NCBI GenBank assembly: GCA_004431415.1
Contig: QPMI01000502.1
Location: 1-64,000, forward strand
DNA from: Cyanophora paradoxa CCMP329
Lineage: Eukaryota; Plantae; Glaucophyta
DNA: 64,000 nucleotides
Direction: 5' to 3'
Shown here: positions 32,850 to 43,020 of the stretch, in pieces
Layout of the letters: each line of letters begins with the position of its first letter
Position numbering within the stretch: position 1 is the stretch's first letter
The notes under the pieces: generated by a model
The model's input: only the letters and a program-made list of their open reading frames with translations
What the model was told of the DNA's origin: nothing
The model's database searches: none
Position numbers and translations under genes: made by a program

Positions 32850-33875
32850 ATGGCTACTCAAATAGCAGTCCCTGTTTTCTGTTACGCTGCACCGAAAATT
32901 CATCAACTCAACCACACTGTAACAGATGCAACTCCGGGTTTTATTTGCACAGAAACAACAGGAGCAGATTCATTTTCGCAGAACTCTTTGATTCGATGCA
33001 AGGAAATCCGGTGTGATCGCAATGGGGGCAAAGTGAGAACCACAGGTCTCATCGTTTCGAACAAGAACCAAGTTCAATCAGGACAGATCGTTTCTGATTC
33101 CGCAATCTATGATGATGTGGGAGGGTTCACCACACCCAAGATTGTTACGTTTGATAACACAAGTAATAATTCTGCTCTTGTCGTGAAAAGTGGAGGTGCT
33201 TACATCGGAGATGGTGCGAGGATTGATGGAAACCTTACAGCTGAGCAACTCACAGTAACAGGAACGACTACTTTTAATAACTTAGTAACAGCTAATGGTG
33301 GTGTGTATGTCCCTGGTGCTCAGCAGTCTATTGTGACAGCAACTACCAAAATTGTTACACCCGAAGTAGATACAGGTTCGAGCTCAAATCTTCTCTTGAA
33401 ACGCAATAGTAATCTCATGGCGACACTGGAAGCCAATAGTCTCACTCTAAATACAGGTTGTTACTTCAAGTACGATTTTCAACCTCGATTCTGCGCACAA
33501 CTTGGTTACACACATGTTGCTTCAAGTGCTGCTCCTCTGATCAACTGGACAACAGTTTTTATAGACAACAGAGGTGCCTTCAATACAGGCAATGGAAGAT
33601 ATACAGCTCCTGTTGCAGGACATTACAGATTAACTGTAAATTCTTCCTCAACATCTTCAACAGCTGTAAGTCTGACTTTGCAGGTAAACGATACTAACCC
33701 TGGTGGTCTGACCATCTTCACATCTGGAACTTCAACTACAATTGCAGCGAAACCTCTATATATCAACGTTATACTCAATCTTGCTGCCGGAGAATATGTC
33801 ACAATTGTCACAGGAACAGCTGGTAGTTATGCAAGTCGAACAACATTTACAGCTGAACTTCTAAGTATCACATAA
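32850..33875 (+). CDS. Fibre protein with C1q-like C-terminal domain
   Basis: QPRFCA..INW..FIDNRGAFNTGNGRYTAPVAGHY..LNLAAGEYV..FTAELL. Confidence 0.8.
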   Translation: MATQIAVPVFCYAAPKIHQLNHTVTDATPGFICTETTGADSFSQNSLIRCKEIRCDRNGGKVRTTGLIVSNKNQVQSGQIVSDSAIYDDVGGFTTPKIVTFDNTSNNSALVVKSGGAYIGDGARIDGNLTAEQLTVTGTTTFNNLVTANGGVYVPGAQQSIVTATTKIVTPEVDTGSSSNLLLKRNSNLMATLEANSLTLNTGCYFKYDFQPRFCAQLGYTHVASSAAPLINWTTVFIDNRGAFNTGNGRYTAPVAGHYRLTVNSSSTSSTAVSLTLQVNDTNPGGLTIFTSGTSTTIAAKPLYINVILNLAAGEYVTIVTGTAGSYASRTTFTAELLSIT

Positions 33876-33897
33876 ATTTTCTCTCTATAATGTAGGA

Positions 33898-34164
33898 ATG
33901 TCGAATATCTACCAAGTGGTTCTCTCAGATACTGAGAAGTTGGGAATGGAATATTGTGCTGCTTCTGTTCAGGATTGGATTGATAATGTCGTTCATAACA
34001 GGGCAAGAATTGCAATTGATGAGATTGTTCAGAAAGAAATTCAATCTTGCATCTCATCAGGAGTTCAAATACCAACCTCAAAGGAAGCCATTGTGTCACA
34101 GGCATTCCAAAGGGGAACTGTAAAGAAAGGCATCGAGTATAATAATGTCACAGAAGAGCAGTGA
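33898..34164 (+). CDS. Small phage-like protein, possible fibre chaperone
   Basis: LSDTEKLGMEY.A.SVQDWIDN.VHNRARIAIDEIV..QIP..E.IV..AF resembles small proteins next to C1q fibre genes in marine tailed phages (recall, unverified). Confidence 0.6.
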   Translation: MSNIYQVVLSDTEKLGMEYCAASVQDWIDNVVHNRARIAIDEIVQKEIQSCISSGVQIPTSKEAIVSQAFQRGTVKKGIEYNNVTEEQ

Positions 34165-34212
34165 AGCTATAGCTTGTCTGCAGCCTATTTTTTTCTCTCG
34201 CATTTCTATCAA

Positions 34213-35061
34213 ATGACCGAGTACAATCGGGTTCAGCTACCTATCTACTCACTGGGCTCCCCAGCCATCCATATGAGGCAGCATGAAGTTAGCGATGCTA
34301 TTGCGGGATTAGAGTCCACTGAGCGTCCAAACTCAACTAATGCATTTGATCAACGATCTGTGATTCGGTGTAAAGAATTGCGCGCAGATAAAAACTCTGG
34401 GGTTGTAAAAACAACGCGATTATTAGTCACTAATGCAAATTTTTCCCAGCCCATAACAGGGGGAGTTGATTCGTACAGTGTTGACCTCCGAAGCATAAAC
34501 TATGATCAAAACACTGCTGCCCTCACTGTGCGCTCCGGGGGAGCAGCTATTACTGGAGCTTGCCGTGTTAGTGGAGGACTATCATCATCGATTGCCATCA
34601 ATGATGTTCCAGACTTTTCATTAGAGAATGTCGAAAATCGTAAACGAGTTCGAATGTACTTACCTTGCTGTGACCTCCCCTATGCACAAGCTCTAGTAGA
34701 AGTTGAGATAACCATAGCAAATTCAAGTACACCAAATGGTCTGGATGGTGAGAGGTTGCTTTCAAACAGAGAAATACCGAAGGCACTTCAATCACTCTGT
34801 CAGGATCAAAATGATCAGATAGGGCATGTGTATACGTTCTTTGTGCAAGGTCTTGGGCATGCTGGCCGGGGATACGTAGTTCGTAATATCAATACAAGGC
34901 ATCTTTTCGATTTATATGCTACCGCTATAGGCAGATATTCTATCCTAATAATCGGATATCGCTCCGATGTAGCTGCATCAGCGGCCACTAGAGGACTGAA
35001 CCCTGATCCAGCACTCAATAATATGTATGAGGAGAACAATCCAGAAAATCCTATAGCTTGA
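34213..35061 (+). CDS. Fibre-family paralog (shared N-terminal domain)
   Basis: H.VSD...GL.STE...IRCKELRADKN.G..KTT.LLVTNANF and AL.VRSGGA.I shared with 32850 and 35090. Confidence 0.7.
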   Translation: MTEYNRVQLPIYSLGSPAIHMRQHEVSDAIAGLESTERPNSTNAFDQRSVIRCKELRADKNSGVVKTTRLLVTNANFSQPITGGVDSYSVDLRSINYDQNTAALTVRSGGAAITGACRVSGGLSSSIAINDVPDFSLENVENRKRVRMYLPCCDLPYAQALVEVEITIANSSTPNGLDGERLLSNREIPKALQSLCQDQNDQIGHVYTFFVQGLGHAGRGYVVRNINTRHLFDLYATAIGRYSILIIGYRSDVAASAATRGLNPDPALNNMYEENNPENPIA

Positions 35062-35089
35062 GTGAAAGTTTTATCTTCTGTTTTCTAAA

Positions 35090-35842
35090 ATGGAAGCTGT
35101 TGAAAGAATTGTTGTTCCCTCTTTGACACTAGCAGCCCCAGCAAATCACGTCCTCCAGCATGCTGTCTCAGACGACGTGCCTGGTCTGCAATCAACTGAG
35201 CAGCAGCCAACTCTAAATACCTTCCGGGAGAATCACATATTACGTTTAGGCGAGGTTCGATGCGACAAAAATAATGGGACAATAAAAACAACAAGTCTCC
35301 TTGTAACCAATGCAAACTTTAATTCACATTATGGGGATCCTGATAGCTATGACGATGCTAATAAGGTCAATACTTTTACCTTTGAATCAAGAACAGGTGC
35401 CGTCACCTGCAGATTTGGAGGTGCTTATATTGGCGATGGTCTGAGAGTAGGCGGCGCTGCTTGTGCTCCTATATTTGTTAATGATCAACCTAACCCTGAA
35501 AACACAAATGAAAGAATTCGAACCTATGTGCCTTCTATGAATTCGCCTTACATTATTAAACTATTCACCCTAAACATAAATGAGCAAACATCGATTGTAG
35601 ATAACGTTCAGCCACTCGGAAATCATTTCAAGAGTGTTGTTGATATTCCCCCGGATGTCTACTTCCTTTGTAGAAGGAATGATGCTCTCCGGCCAAACAT
35701 AGCTGTTTTGATCAATCCTATCGATAATTTTGGTGTCGCTTTCCATTCGACTCCAGTTGGGGTTGAAGATTACCAGTTTATTGTGAGGGCCACGCTAATG
35801 GGTGCCTACAAATTATTCTATTTGCTGAAAGAACAGATGTGA
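35090..35842 (+). CDS. Fibre-family paralog (shared N-terminal domain)
   Basis: HAVSDDVPGLQSTE..EVRCDKNNGTIKTTSLLVTNANF, GGAYIGDG. Confidence 0.7.
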   Translation: MEAVERIVVPSLTLAAPANHVLQHAVSDDVPGLQSTEQQPTLNTFRENHILRLGEVRCDKNNGTIKTTSLLVTNANFNSHYGDPDSYDDANKVNTFTFESRTGAVTCRFGGAYIGDGLRVGGAACAPIFVNDQPNPENTNERIRTYVPSMNSPYIIKLFTLNINEQTSIVDNVQPLGNHFKSVVDIPPDVYFLCRRNDALRPNIAVLINPIDNFGVAFHSTPVGVEDYQFIVRATLMGAYKLFYLLKEQM

Positions 35843-35955
35843 TTGCAAGCGGGGTCAAGTATGGTGAGACCTTCAATTCGAATCGTTACTTTCCAATTGG
35901 AGGGGCTGATCCCAACCCATAGAATCTTTGTTTTTATATATATTACCCCTTGTAG

Positions 35956-36300
35956 ATGGATCTGCTCCGTAAATGCATGGACATGTTCCATCTCAACGTC
36001 ACCAGCAAATTGAAATGCAGTTGCTGCGAGACAACTATCAACCTCGAAATATCTGACACTGAGGGCTCACGCACCCCTGATACTCAGCTATCGCCTAATA
36101 ACACACCCGGGACTTCTAGGTCCAATTCTCCTTTTACGCGATCTGATTCACCTATACCATGGCTTGATTCTGAAAGCCGAAGATCGTCTTGGCCACCCCC
36201 AAATATCCCGAAGCCCCTGAAAAGAAAGAAGTCCTTGCTATCAAGTTTCAGAAAGGAGAAGACTCCAGTTGCCGAAAAGCAACCAGATCAAGTGGAATGA
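35956..36300 (+). CDS. Small Ser/Pro-rich protein with CSCC motif
   Basis: 114 aa ATG ORF whose TGA overlaps the first 2 nt of the right TIR. Confidence 0.5.
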   Translation: MDLLRKCMDMFHLNVTSKLKCSCCETTINLEISDTEGSRTPDTQLSPNNTPGTSRSNSPFTRSDSPIPWLDSESRRSSWPPPNIPKPLKRKKSLLSSFRKEKTPVAEKQPDQVE

Positions 36301-36581
36301 GGCCGCACCAGACCGCTCTGGGGGCCCGTACCGCTTGGGAGGTCGCCCCTGATAGCGCCTAGATAGAGCTCCCTCGATATTCTCTACTCAGATCCAAATG
36401 CACTCGCCCTCACGCCTTCCAATCTTCAAATCCATGCTCGTCCATCATCACGCCTAATTAACACGCCTAACTGATCTCAGAAAAATCGCTAATTGATGAC
36501 GCTAGAAGGGGTGGATCCCTGAAGGTAAAACCAGACTTTGGGGGCGGTCTGGTTTGGGGGGGGGTCCTCCCCTTTACAACA
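36299..36581 (-). repeat. Right TIR of PLV-B
   Basis: Reverse complement of 12823-13105. Confidence 0.97.
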
Positions 36582-37834
36582 TGCATTTTAAGAGTTGAGT
36601 AGTCGAGCTTCCAGCCGCCATGCGCCATGATGAAAGAGAGACCTACGATTGCCCCGTGGGCGACCCCATCGAAAACTCGAAACAGCACCGGAACAAGAGC
36701 TCCAGGTAACTGTAGAGTGACAGCCGCCACGTGATTGACGTACGCCACCTTGCCCTCTTGGCCCAGCGCAACTGCGACGGGTTTTTTGAGTGCGAGGAGG
36801 CGGACGCCGAGTGCTAGGGCGGTTTTCGAATCCATGAAGCAGTTTGATGCTCCCGTATCGAGTAATCCCTTGATGGTCTGAATTTCGCCAGCGGTGGACG
36901 TGACGATGGGCAGTTCGATGAGGGTCGCTCGAGTTGGAGCTTCGTCAACTGTGGGCATGACGGAAGCAGACGCGAGATCGAGAGAGGTTTGGAGGGGAGG
37001 GGCATCTGACGGAATGGTGCCGTTGAACTTGAGAGTCGGTTGCAACCCCTCCGCTTCTGCGAGCTCGATCGCATGGAGCGATTCAACATATGCAGCGATA
37101 AGGCGGGGGCAGGCGCCGCCGTCTCTGCAAATTTTACAGCACGGCTTTAATTTGTCCTTGAGTTCGATGCAGGCCTTGCAGGTGTCGTCGTCACATCTGT
37201 GCGTATAGCGGAAGGCGTCCATAGGGTCGCCTTTACCGTACTGGTAGTCATCGCCTGGTGGCGACTGCAGGCCATCGAGCGTGCAGGGCGTGCCCTGCGC
37301 GCAGAGAGCGCAACCCTTACTGCATGGTCTGAGCTTGGCTTCTGGATCCTTCGGGTGGGCCTCGGCTTGACAGTCTTGCCCTGCGGAGCAGGACGAGCAG
37401 CAAGTGGTGTTGCAACCACTCGCCTGGTTGGGGAAGCGAAGACAGGTGTCGTCGCTGATGCACGCGCAGCAGTGTTGGCCAGCGCGTGCCGTCCCGTCGG
37501 CGTTGGGCGGGACCACTGTCAGCCGAGAGCCATCCTGCTCGTACCCAGGAGTGAGCTCATCGCCAATGCAATAAAGGAAGGCGGGGCCGTTTTCTTCCTC
37601 TGAATCGCTCGACACTAGCAATTCAGAGGACGGCGGTCGTGTAGGATGCTGCAGATGTCGCTTCGAGATCCGGGCAGCTCCATTGCCTCGAAGTCCAGCT
37701 TCACTTGAGTCGTCAGACGATGTAGATTCGTCCGAGCTCGACTCCGTCGAAGAATCCGATGAGGACTCCTCGGAAGGTCCCAGCAATCTGTCGGCCCGCT
37801 GGGAGGGCACAGAGGGACCGCTTACGCGTTTGGG
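36582..37834 (-). CDS. pol: Gypsy pol 5' part: Cys-rich region and aspartic protease
   Basis: GLLDTGASNCFM..IVGLSFI; in frame with the RT part once PLV-B and one TSD are removed. Confidence 0.9.
37776..37834 (-). promoter_or_regulatory. Putative -1 ribosomal frameshift signal (C CCA AAC plus stem-loop/pseudoknot)
   Basis: Heptamer in gag phase just before the gag stop, with pol in the -1 frame and a structured RNA starting after an 8-nt spacer. Confidence 0.75.
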
Positions 37835-39435
37835 TACGCCGCGCAGGTGCACGGCGACTGGCCGCAGGCGTCGCAGCTGGGGAGCTCGTTCGCCTCCAGA
37901 ACTGCGAGCGCGGCCTGGAGCTGCTTTTTCACAGCCTGGTCGCGTTCCTTGCGCTTGTCCTTCTTGCCGCCGGCGCTGGGGCCTGAGGTGGCGGCGTTAG
38001 CCGACGGGCCGGCAACGGGGAGCGCAGGGCCGCGGCCGTGGGCAGCGGGGGGAGCAGGGGCGCGGAGGAAAGTGGGCGGCGGCAGCGGGCGCCCGGCCCC
38101 CCCAGCCTTGAGCTGATGCGCGTTGTCGAGGATCTTCTTGATGCCAGCGGGGACGTCCTGCATGGGGATCCAGCCGTGCCTCCCGAAAATTCGGTAGATA
38201 GCTGTCTCCGCTCCGCGGTCGGCCGCGCGGACGATGCTAGTGAACACCGGGTTGGAGAGCCGCTCGTTGTCGTTTGCCGCCAGCGCTGCGAAAGCGGCCT
38301 GCGCGGTCTCGGGAATGTAATAGCCCTCGTTGCCCGCGGCGTCGTAGCCGAACTGGACAGCGGCAAGCGCGGAGGTATCCCGCACGGGTACGCCCTCGAA
38401 CATCTTGCTGATCTTGTCGAGCTCGTGCCACATCTGCGACTTCATGGCGCGGAGGTCCTCCACCGTCACGGGTGGGGACCCAGCTGCCGGCGACGAGTGA
38501 GTAGCGGCAGGCGACGTGATCGGGGCGGCGTTGGTGGGGGCGCTAGTGGGGGTGCTAGCAGCGTTCACAGCCTCGCGCGCGCGACGGCTCTTCTTGGACA
38601 TGCGCTTCTTGTGCTCCTTGCGCCGCTCTGCGTTCTTTGAGCGCTTCCCGTCCTTCTTGCGGCCCTTGCCCTTGCGCTTCCGGTTGCTGCGGTCGCGGTC
38701 AGAGTCGTCGCTCGATGAAGAGGAGGCACCCTCCTCGTCCGAGCTCTCGTCGCTCGACTCAGACTCGTCGGCGTCGGACTCGGTGTCCGACTCGGCGTCG
38801 GACTCGGAGTTGTCGCGCTTCTTGCTGCTCTTGCTCTTCTTGGCCTTCTTGGCCCGGACGCGAGCCTCGTCAGCCGCGTTGATGAAGGCAGCCCAGACTG
38901 CGGAGAAGGTTGCAGCCCCCCCACCGTACTTCTGAACCAAGTCATCTGCTGAGAGTTCAGAGTCGTTCGTGAGATAGTAGTAAATTTTATAGTGGCGGCG
39001 GCTGAAATGGTTGAGAATTTTGCGGATGGCGCCCGCAGCGTCGACGGTTGAGGCTTGCGGGTCGTTGTCGACAGCAACGTTGCGGGAGCGAAGCCAGACA
39101 TCACCGTACTGCGTGAGGTACGCCCTGAGGTGGAAACCCTTCTTCGGCGGCTTCTTGTCCAGGATGTCGGTGTACTCCTCCGCCGTCTTGGTCTTCAAGA
39201 AGTGCTTCTTGAACTCCTCGACGAACGTATCATAGTCGCCGCCGAAGCTGGCCCGATTCTGCTCGAACCAGCGGGCTGCAGCTTCATGAGAAGAGAGAGC
39301 GCGCTTCGCCGCTGCCATCTTTCGGTCCTGCAGCTGCTGAGCATTCCTACTGATTTTGTCAGTAACTTCATTGAGCTTGTAAATAAATGTTTCGAAGTGC
39401 TTAGGCTTCGAGGCCCACGAATTGAGGTTCACCAT
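37822..39435 (-). CDS. gag: Gypsy Gag
   Basis: AARWF....DYDTFVEEFKKHFL (Retrotrans_gag-like), S/D- and K-rich tracts, terminal CxxC..CxC; directly upstream of the protease. Confidence 0.85.
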   Translation of the reverse strand: MVNLNSWASKPKHFETFIYKLNEVTDKISRNAQQLQDRKMAAAKRALSSHEAAARWFEQNRASFGGDYDTFVEEFKKHFLKTKTAEEYTDILDKKPPKKGFHLRAYLTQYGDVWLRSRNVAVDNDPQASTVDAAGAIRKILNHFSRRHYKIYYYLTNDSELSADDLVQKYGGGAATFSAVWAAFINAADEARVRAKKAKKSKSSKKRDNSESDAESDTESDADESESSDESSDEEGASSSSSDDSDRDRSNRKRKGKGRKKDGKRSKNAERRKEHKKRMSKKSRRAREAVNAASTPTSAPTNAAPITSPAATHSSPAAGSPPVTVEDLRAMKSQMWHELDKISKMFEGVPVRDTSALAAVQFGYDAAGNEGYYIPETAQAAFAALAANDNERLSNPVFTSIVRAADRGAETAIYRIFGRHGWIPMQDVPAGIKKILDNAHQLKAGGAGRPLPPPTFLRAPAPPAAHGRGPALPVAGPSANAATSGPSAGGKKDKRKERDQAVKKQLQAALAVLEANELPSCDACGQSPCTCAAYPNA

Positions 39436-41786
39436 CTTGGACGGCTACCTGCGCGAGCAAGGACGCAAAGGTTCGTAAGTATTTCGTTGGTGCGTTGAAT
39501 TGCACGGATTCGAAGATGATGAAATTGGGTATAGTAGTGCTCATCCACAACGACACGACAAATTGTAGTTAAGCTGAAAGGTTGAACGGAGGCGTCGATA
39601 TTAATAAGTTAGTGGCTCACGCCCCCAACACGAGGAGGGCGTGTGCCATTAAAATATTAGTGAGCCCCGCCGGCAGGGCGGAGCGTTGGATGTCAACGCT
39701 CATGCTCGACCTTTCGAGCGAAAACAAATTGTCAGGTGCGTTAGTGGCGCCTAGCTGACATCGTCACCACACCGCACAACCGTCACCACACCACACAATC
39801 GCGAGAGAAAGGGTCACGAATTTTATGCGCAGAGGGGAAAGCAACCAGAATATTATTCGTCGAGTAGGTCGAATCCGTGCAATCACGCAGGTCTCCCCTG
39901 GCTCTCCGGTCGGGGCCAGGGTTTTAACCGTGGTCGCATTTGCACGACTGCACGGTGCCTGGGGCATCTGCTCCTTAACCACTGTAGGTGTGGCACCCGG
40001 CCGCAAGCGGCGCGTCAGGCTAGGAGTGGATTTATATATTAATGTGTCGACGTTGATGATAATATTCGTGATTCGAATTATAATTCTCTGCAAAATTCGT
40101 GAGTCGGCGTGTGCGGTGTAGCAGGCCGGTACTCAGGGAATTGAGGCCAGTGTTGTGGGGTCAGTGCGGTCGAGCCAGCGTAGGCCAAGTAAGGGAAGGG
40201 GGCGGGAGAACTGAGATCAAATCTGGGTCCGACGAACTGCAGCCTCGAGCTCCGGCCTCCGGCGACGCCACAGGGAACCGACAGAGGGAACTGTCGAGCA
40301 TGTGGGAGCGCGAGAACAGGGCCGGGCGCGCACTGGCAGCGAAGTTTGGGGCCGTGGGATCGGCCGTCCGGACCACCGCCTTCGTTTCGGAGCCTCGGAG
40401 TTGCGGCATGATATGTAGCTTAGGTTAGCACACAAAACCGGGCTCCGTGCGCATCGAAATCTGCAAGTTCGTGGAAACCGCGATCCGCGAGAAGGGCGTT
40501 TCACCGCGTTTCGGCGCCTTCCGAGGCGGGGCCCGCTCGCGTAGCGTTCCCAGAGGTGATCTATATCTGTTCGCACGTACAGGGCCGCGAGCGTGGCGCT
40601 GGGCCCTGCTCCACCCTCCCTCCCCGGCGAAGATCTCCGAAAACGCGCGCCAGCGCGCCGGCCAAGCGCGTATGCACTACTATACGCATGATCTAAGCGC
40701 TGTAAGATGGGCAGGCGCACCACTATGTCGTGACCACGGGTTGATCTTACGCGTATAGATCTGCGCAAGTAGTTAAGCCCGGAAAACGCGGCAAGTTCGT
40801 ACCAAGCGAGGGCGATACGCGCAGCAACTCTAGCTAGCGTAACTAGCTAAAGCAGGTGCCGTCGTACAGCCTTAAGACGCTAAAGGCGAGAGCCTTGAGG
40901 TCCCAAGACAGACTCAGCCCCGCGGAGACGACGCTCCCTAAGCCTGCCATTTGCATAGCATATAGGCCGTGTGTATATACATATACAGCGGCAGCTTCAC
41001 AGTACAGCTTGAGTCTCGCAGCCTCGAACCTGCCGTGGCCCGCGGCTCAGCACAAAAGTACGGGCATCATAACGGTGTACGGTTACAGTCAGTATATACG
41101 ATAACCGTGAGTACTCTGCTAGCCAGCCCGCACGCAGTTACGCTGATCCAGTCAGCCGCGATCTACGGCAAGTCCAGTCTGCCGCAAATGTACTGTTCAG
41201 TTCGAGTCGACTCAGATTAATAATAATATTAATGAATTTTATAAGAGAAGTCGAATCCGATTCGAAGCTTGAAGTTTGCAAGCTCCGACTCCGCAATCCG
41301 GAGGGCCACCTGACCGGGGCAGATTCCGTAAGACTTACTGTCAAATATTCGGCTCCGAACCGGGAAAAACTGAATCAGCAAGGAAATCATAAACGCTTCC
41401 TGAATAGGCTCGGAAACTGGAACGTCGCGTCACATGATCAGATCGATCGTGCACGTTCCCCGGCCGTTCAGGTAAAAACAGAATGACGTCAGGTCGTCCA
41501 GAGATAGTGACGCGGCCAGCAGGTCGAATTCGAAGAGCGAGCTGGCCTCACATATCTAAATTAAATATACATAGTTACGGTACCAAGTATATGTTACTGA
41601 GGGAGAGCCCACAGTAGTTCGCCAACTGCAGTCATGGTAGTGCTTCTGAGTAAGCTGAGCGCTGTGCACGTAAAGAAGGCCCGGAGCACGCGCGGCCGTG
41701 GGCTGCGCAGGCCAAACAGTAGTTAGTCGGCCCGGCGCCGATACTATTCCCTCGCTCAAGCTAGAGACGGCAGTGCTAGAGCGAGC

Positions 41787-42602
41787 ATGAGCAGCGGAGA
41801 CAGTGGGGTCAACAGCAGCGACAGCGCCTTGACGGGCTCGCAAACGGAGATGCAGAAGTTCAGTCCACATTCGAAGCTTGCCGGAGTGGAGTTCAAGCGG
41901 GGTCAAATGAGGACCGTAAGCCACAGCCTTGGATTGTTGGGACACAAGTCTTGCATAGTAATCGGAGTCACAGCAGACGGGGAGAAAGCAGCATTCGCAG
42001 CGGATTCACGACGCATCCCGTATCACGAAGTCAAGTGCCCGGTGGAACTGTCCGGCTGGCAGCTCATGGAGAGGGTCGGGGCCAAGAGGGGCGGCTATTT
42101 CCAACGAGCTGTAATGCGCGGCGTAGCCCTGGACAACCTCGTTGGATTCGAGAGCGGCCCGCCGGAGGCATTCGGAGTGTACGCAGTCAACGAGACGTCT
42201 GGACACGTGTACCACTGCGATCCGACACCTCGTACACGGTCACCAGCTGAAGGTGATGACGTGAAGATCGTAATTCGCGAATCCATCCTCGAGCCGGTGT
42301 GTACACACATATATATCGGACCGATATGTATATCTCGAATGACGAATACTCACCCGTAATATATATATAATTACACGTATGTATACGTACTCATGATCGT
42401 GTACGCGCAGGAAAACGATCACACCGCGTACGGAGGTCTGGCCTTCTTGACTGTCAGCTGGGCTGGCCTCCTCGAGGTGTTTGCCAAGGAGAAAACATGC
42501 TGGGAGCGATCGGTGCCGCCTTCGACTTCCGAACCTCAGCTCAGCAACCTGACTGACTACGACGAGGACGCGGCGAATGTAGCCTGCTTCGAAGGCTGGT
42601 GA
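41787..42602 (+). CDS. Hypothetical intron-containing gene
   Basis: Coding-like ORF segments separated by GT...CAG intervals; no recognised domain. Confidence 0.3.
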
Positions 42603-43020
42603 GCGCTGCGGTTGTAAATCCGAGTGGCCTGAAACTGACGCGTGGAGGTGCGAAGGGTGGGCGTCGGTGCCGACGAGCGTCTAGCTCTGCTGGCCCAGGC
42701 GGGGTTTTACCGCTGCTACCTTTGCCAAAGGGGGCTGGAGGCCCTGCGGAAGGCACTCCTGGCGGCGGGAGCTCACGACGGGGCTCGCAATTGAAGCCAA
42801 TGTCGATGTCGAGGCTGAGTAAAGCTGTATATGTTGGGACACAATTGGGCAGTTGATCTCATTCTCCATTACGACTCGCTTTGATCTAGCATGGATAACG
42901 GGAGGCGGGGAAGCACGCTTGCATGCACGAATATTTACAAGTACTGAGATGATAAATTAAATACACAACACAACAGCGGAGGCGTTGACCACGGAGGCCG
43001 CTGCTGCCCACACATCCTGC

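Larger units (their letters stand above)
12823..36581. mobile_element. Complete endogenous Polinton-like virus PLV-B (23,759 bp)
   Basis: 283-bp TIRs, 6-bp TSD, pPolB, rve integrase, A32 ATPase, MCP and penton-like genes. Confidence 0.96.

Noticed and set aside
32021-33215. Diversity-generating retroelement (RT nearby plus similar ~100-bp segments in two fibre genes)
   Set aside because: Differences are mostly synonymous third-position changes, not adenine-specific, and the RT is a Gypsy pol domain.
39436-41250. Gypsy 5' LTR and primer binding site
   Set aside because: Probably here, but the partner LTR is outside the window and no convincing PBS or boundary could be identified.
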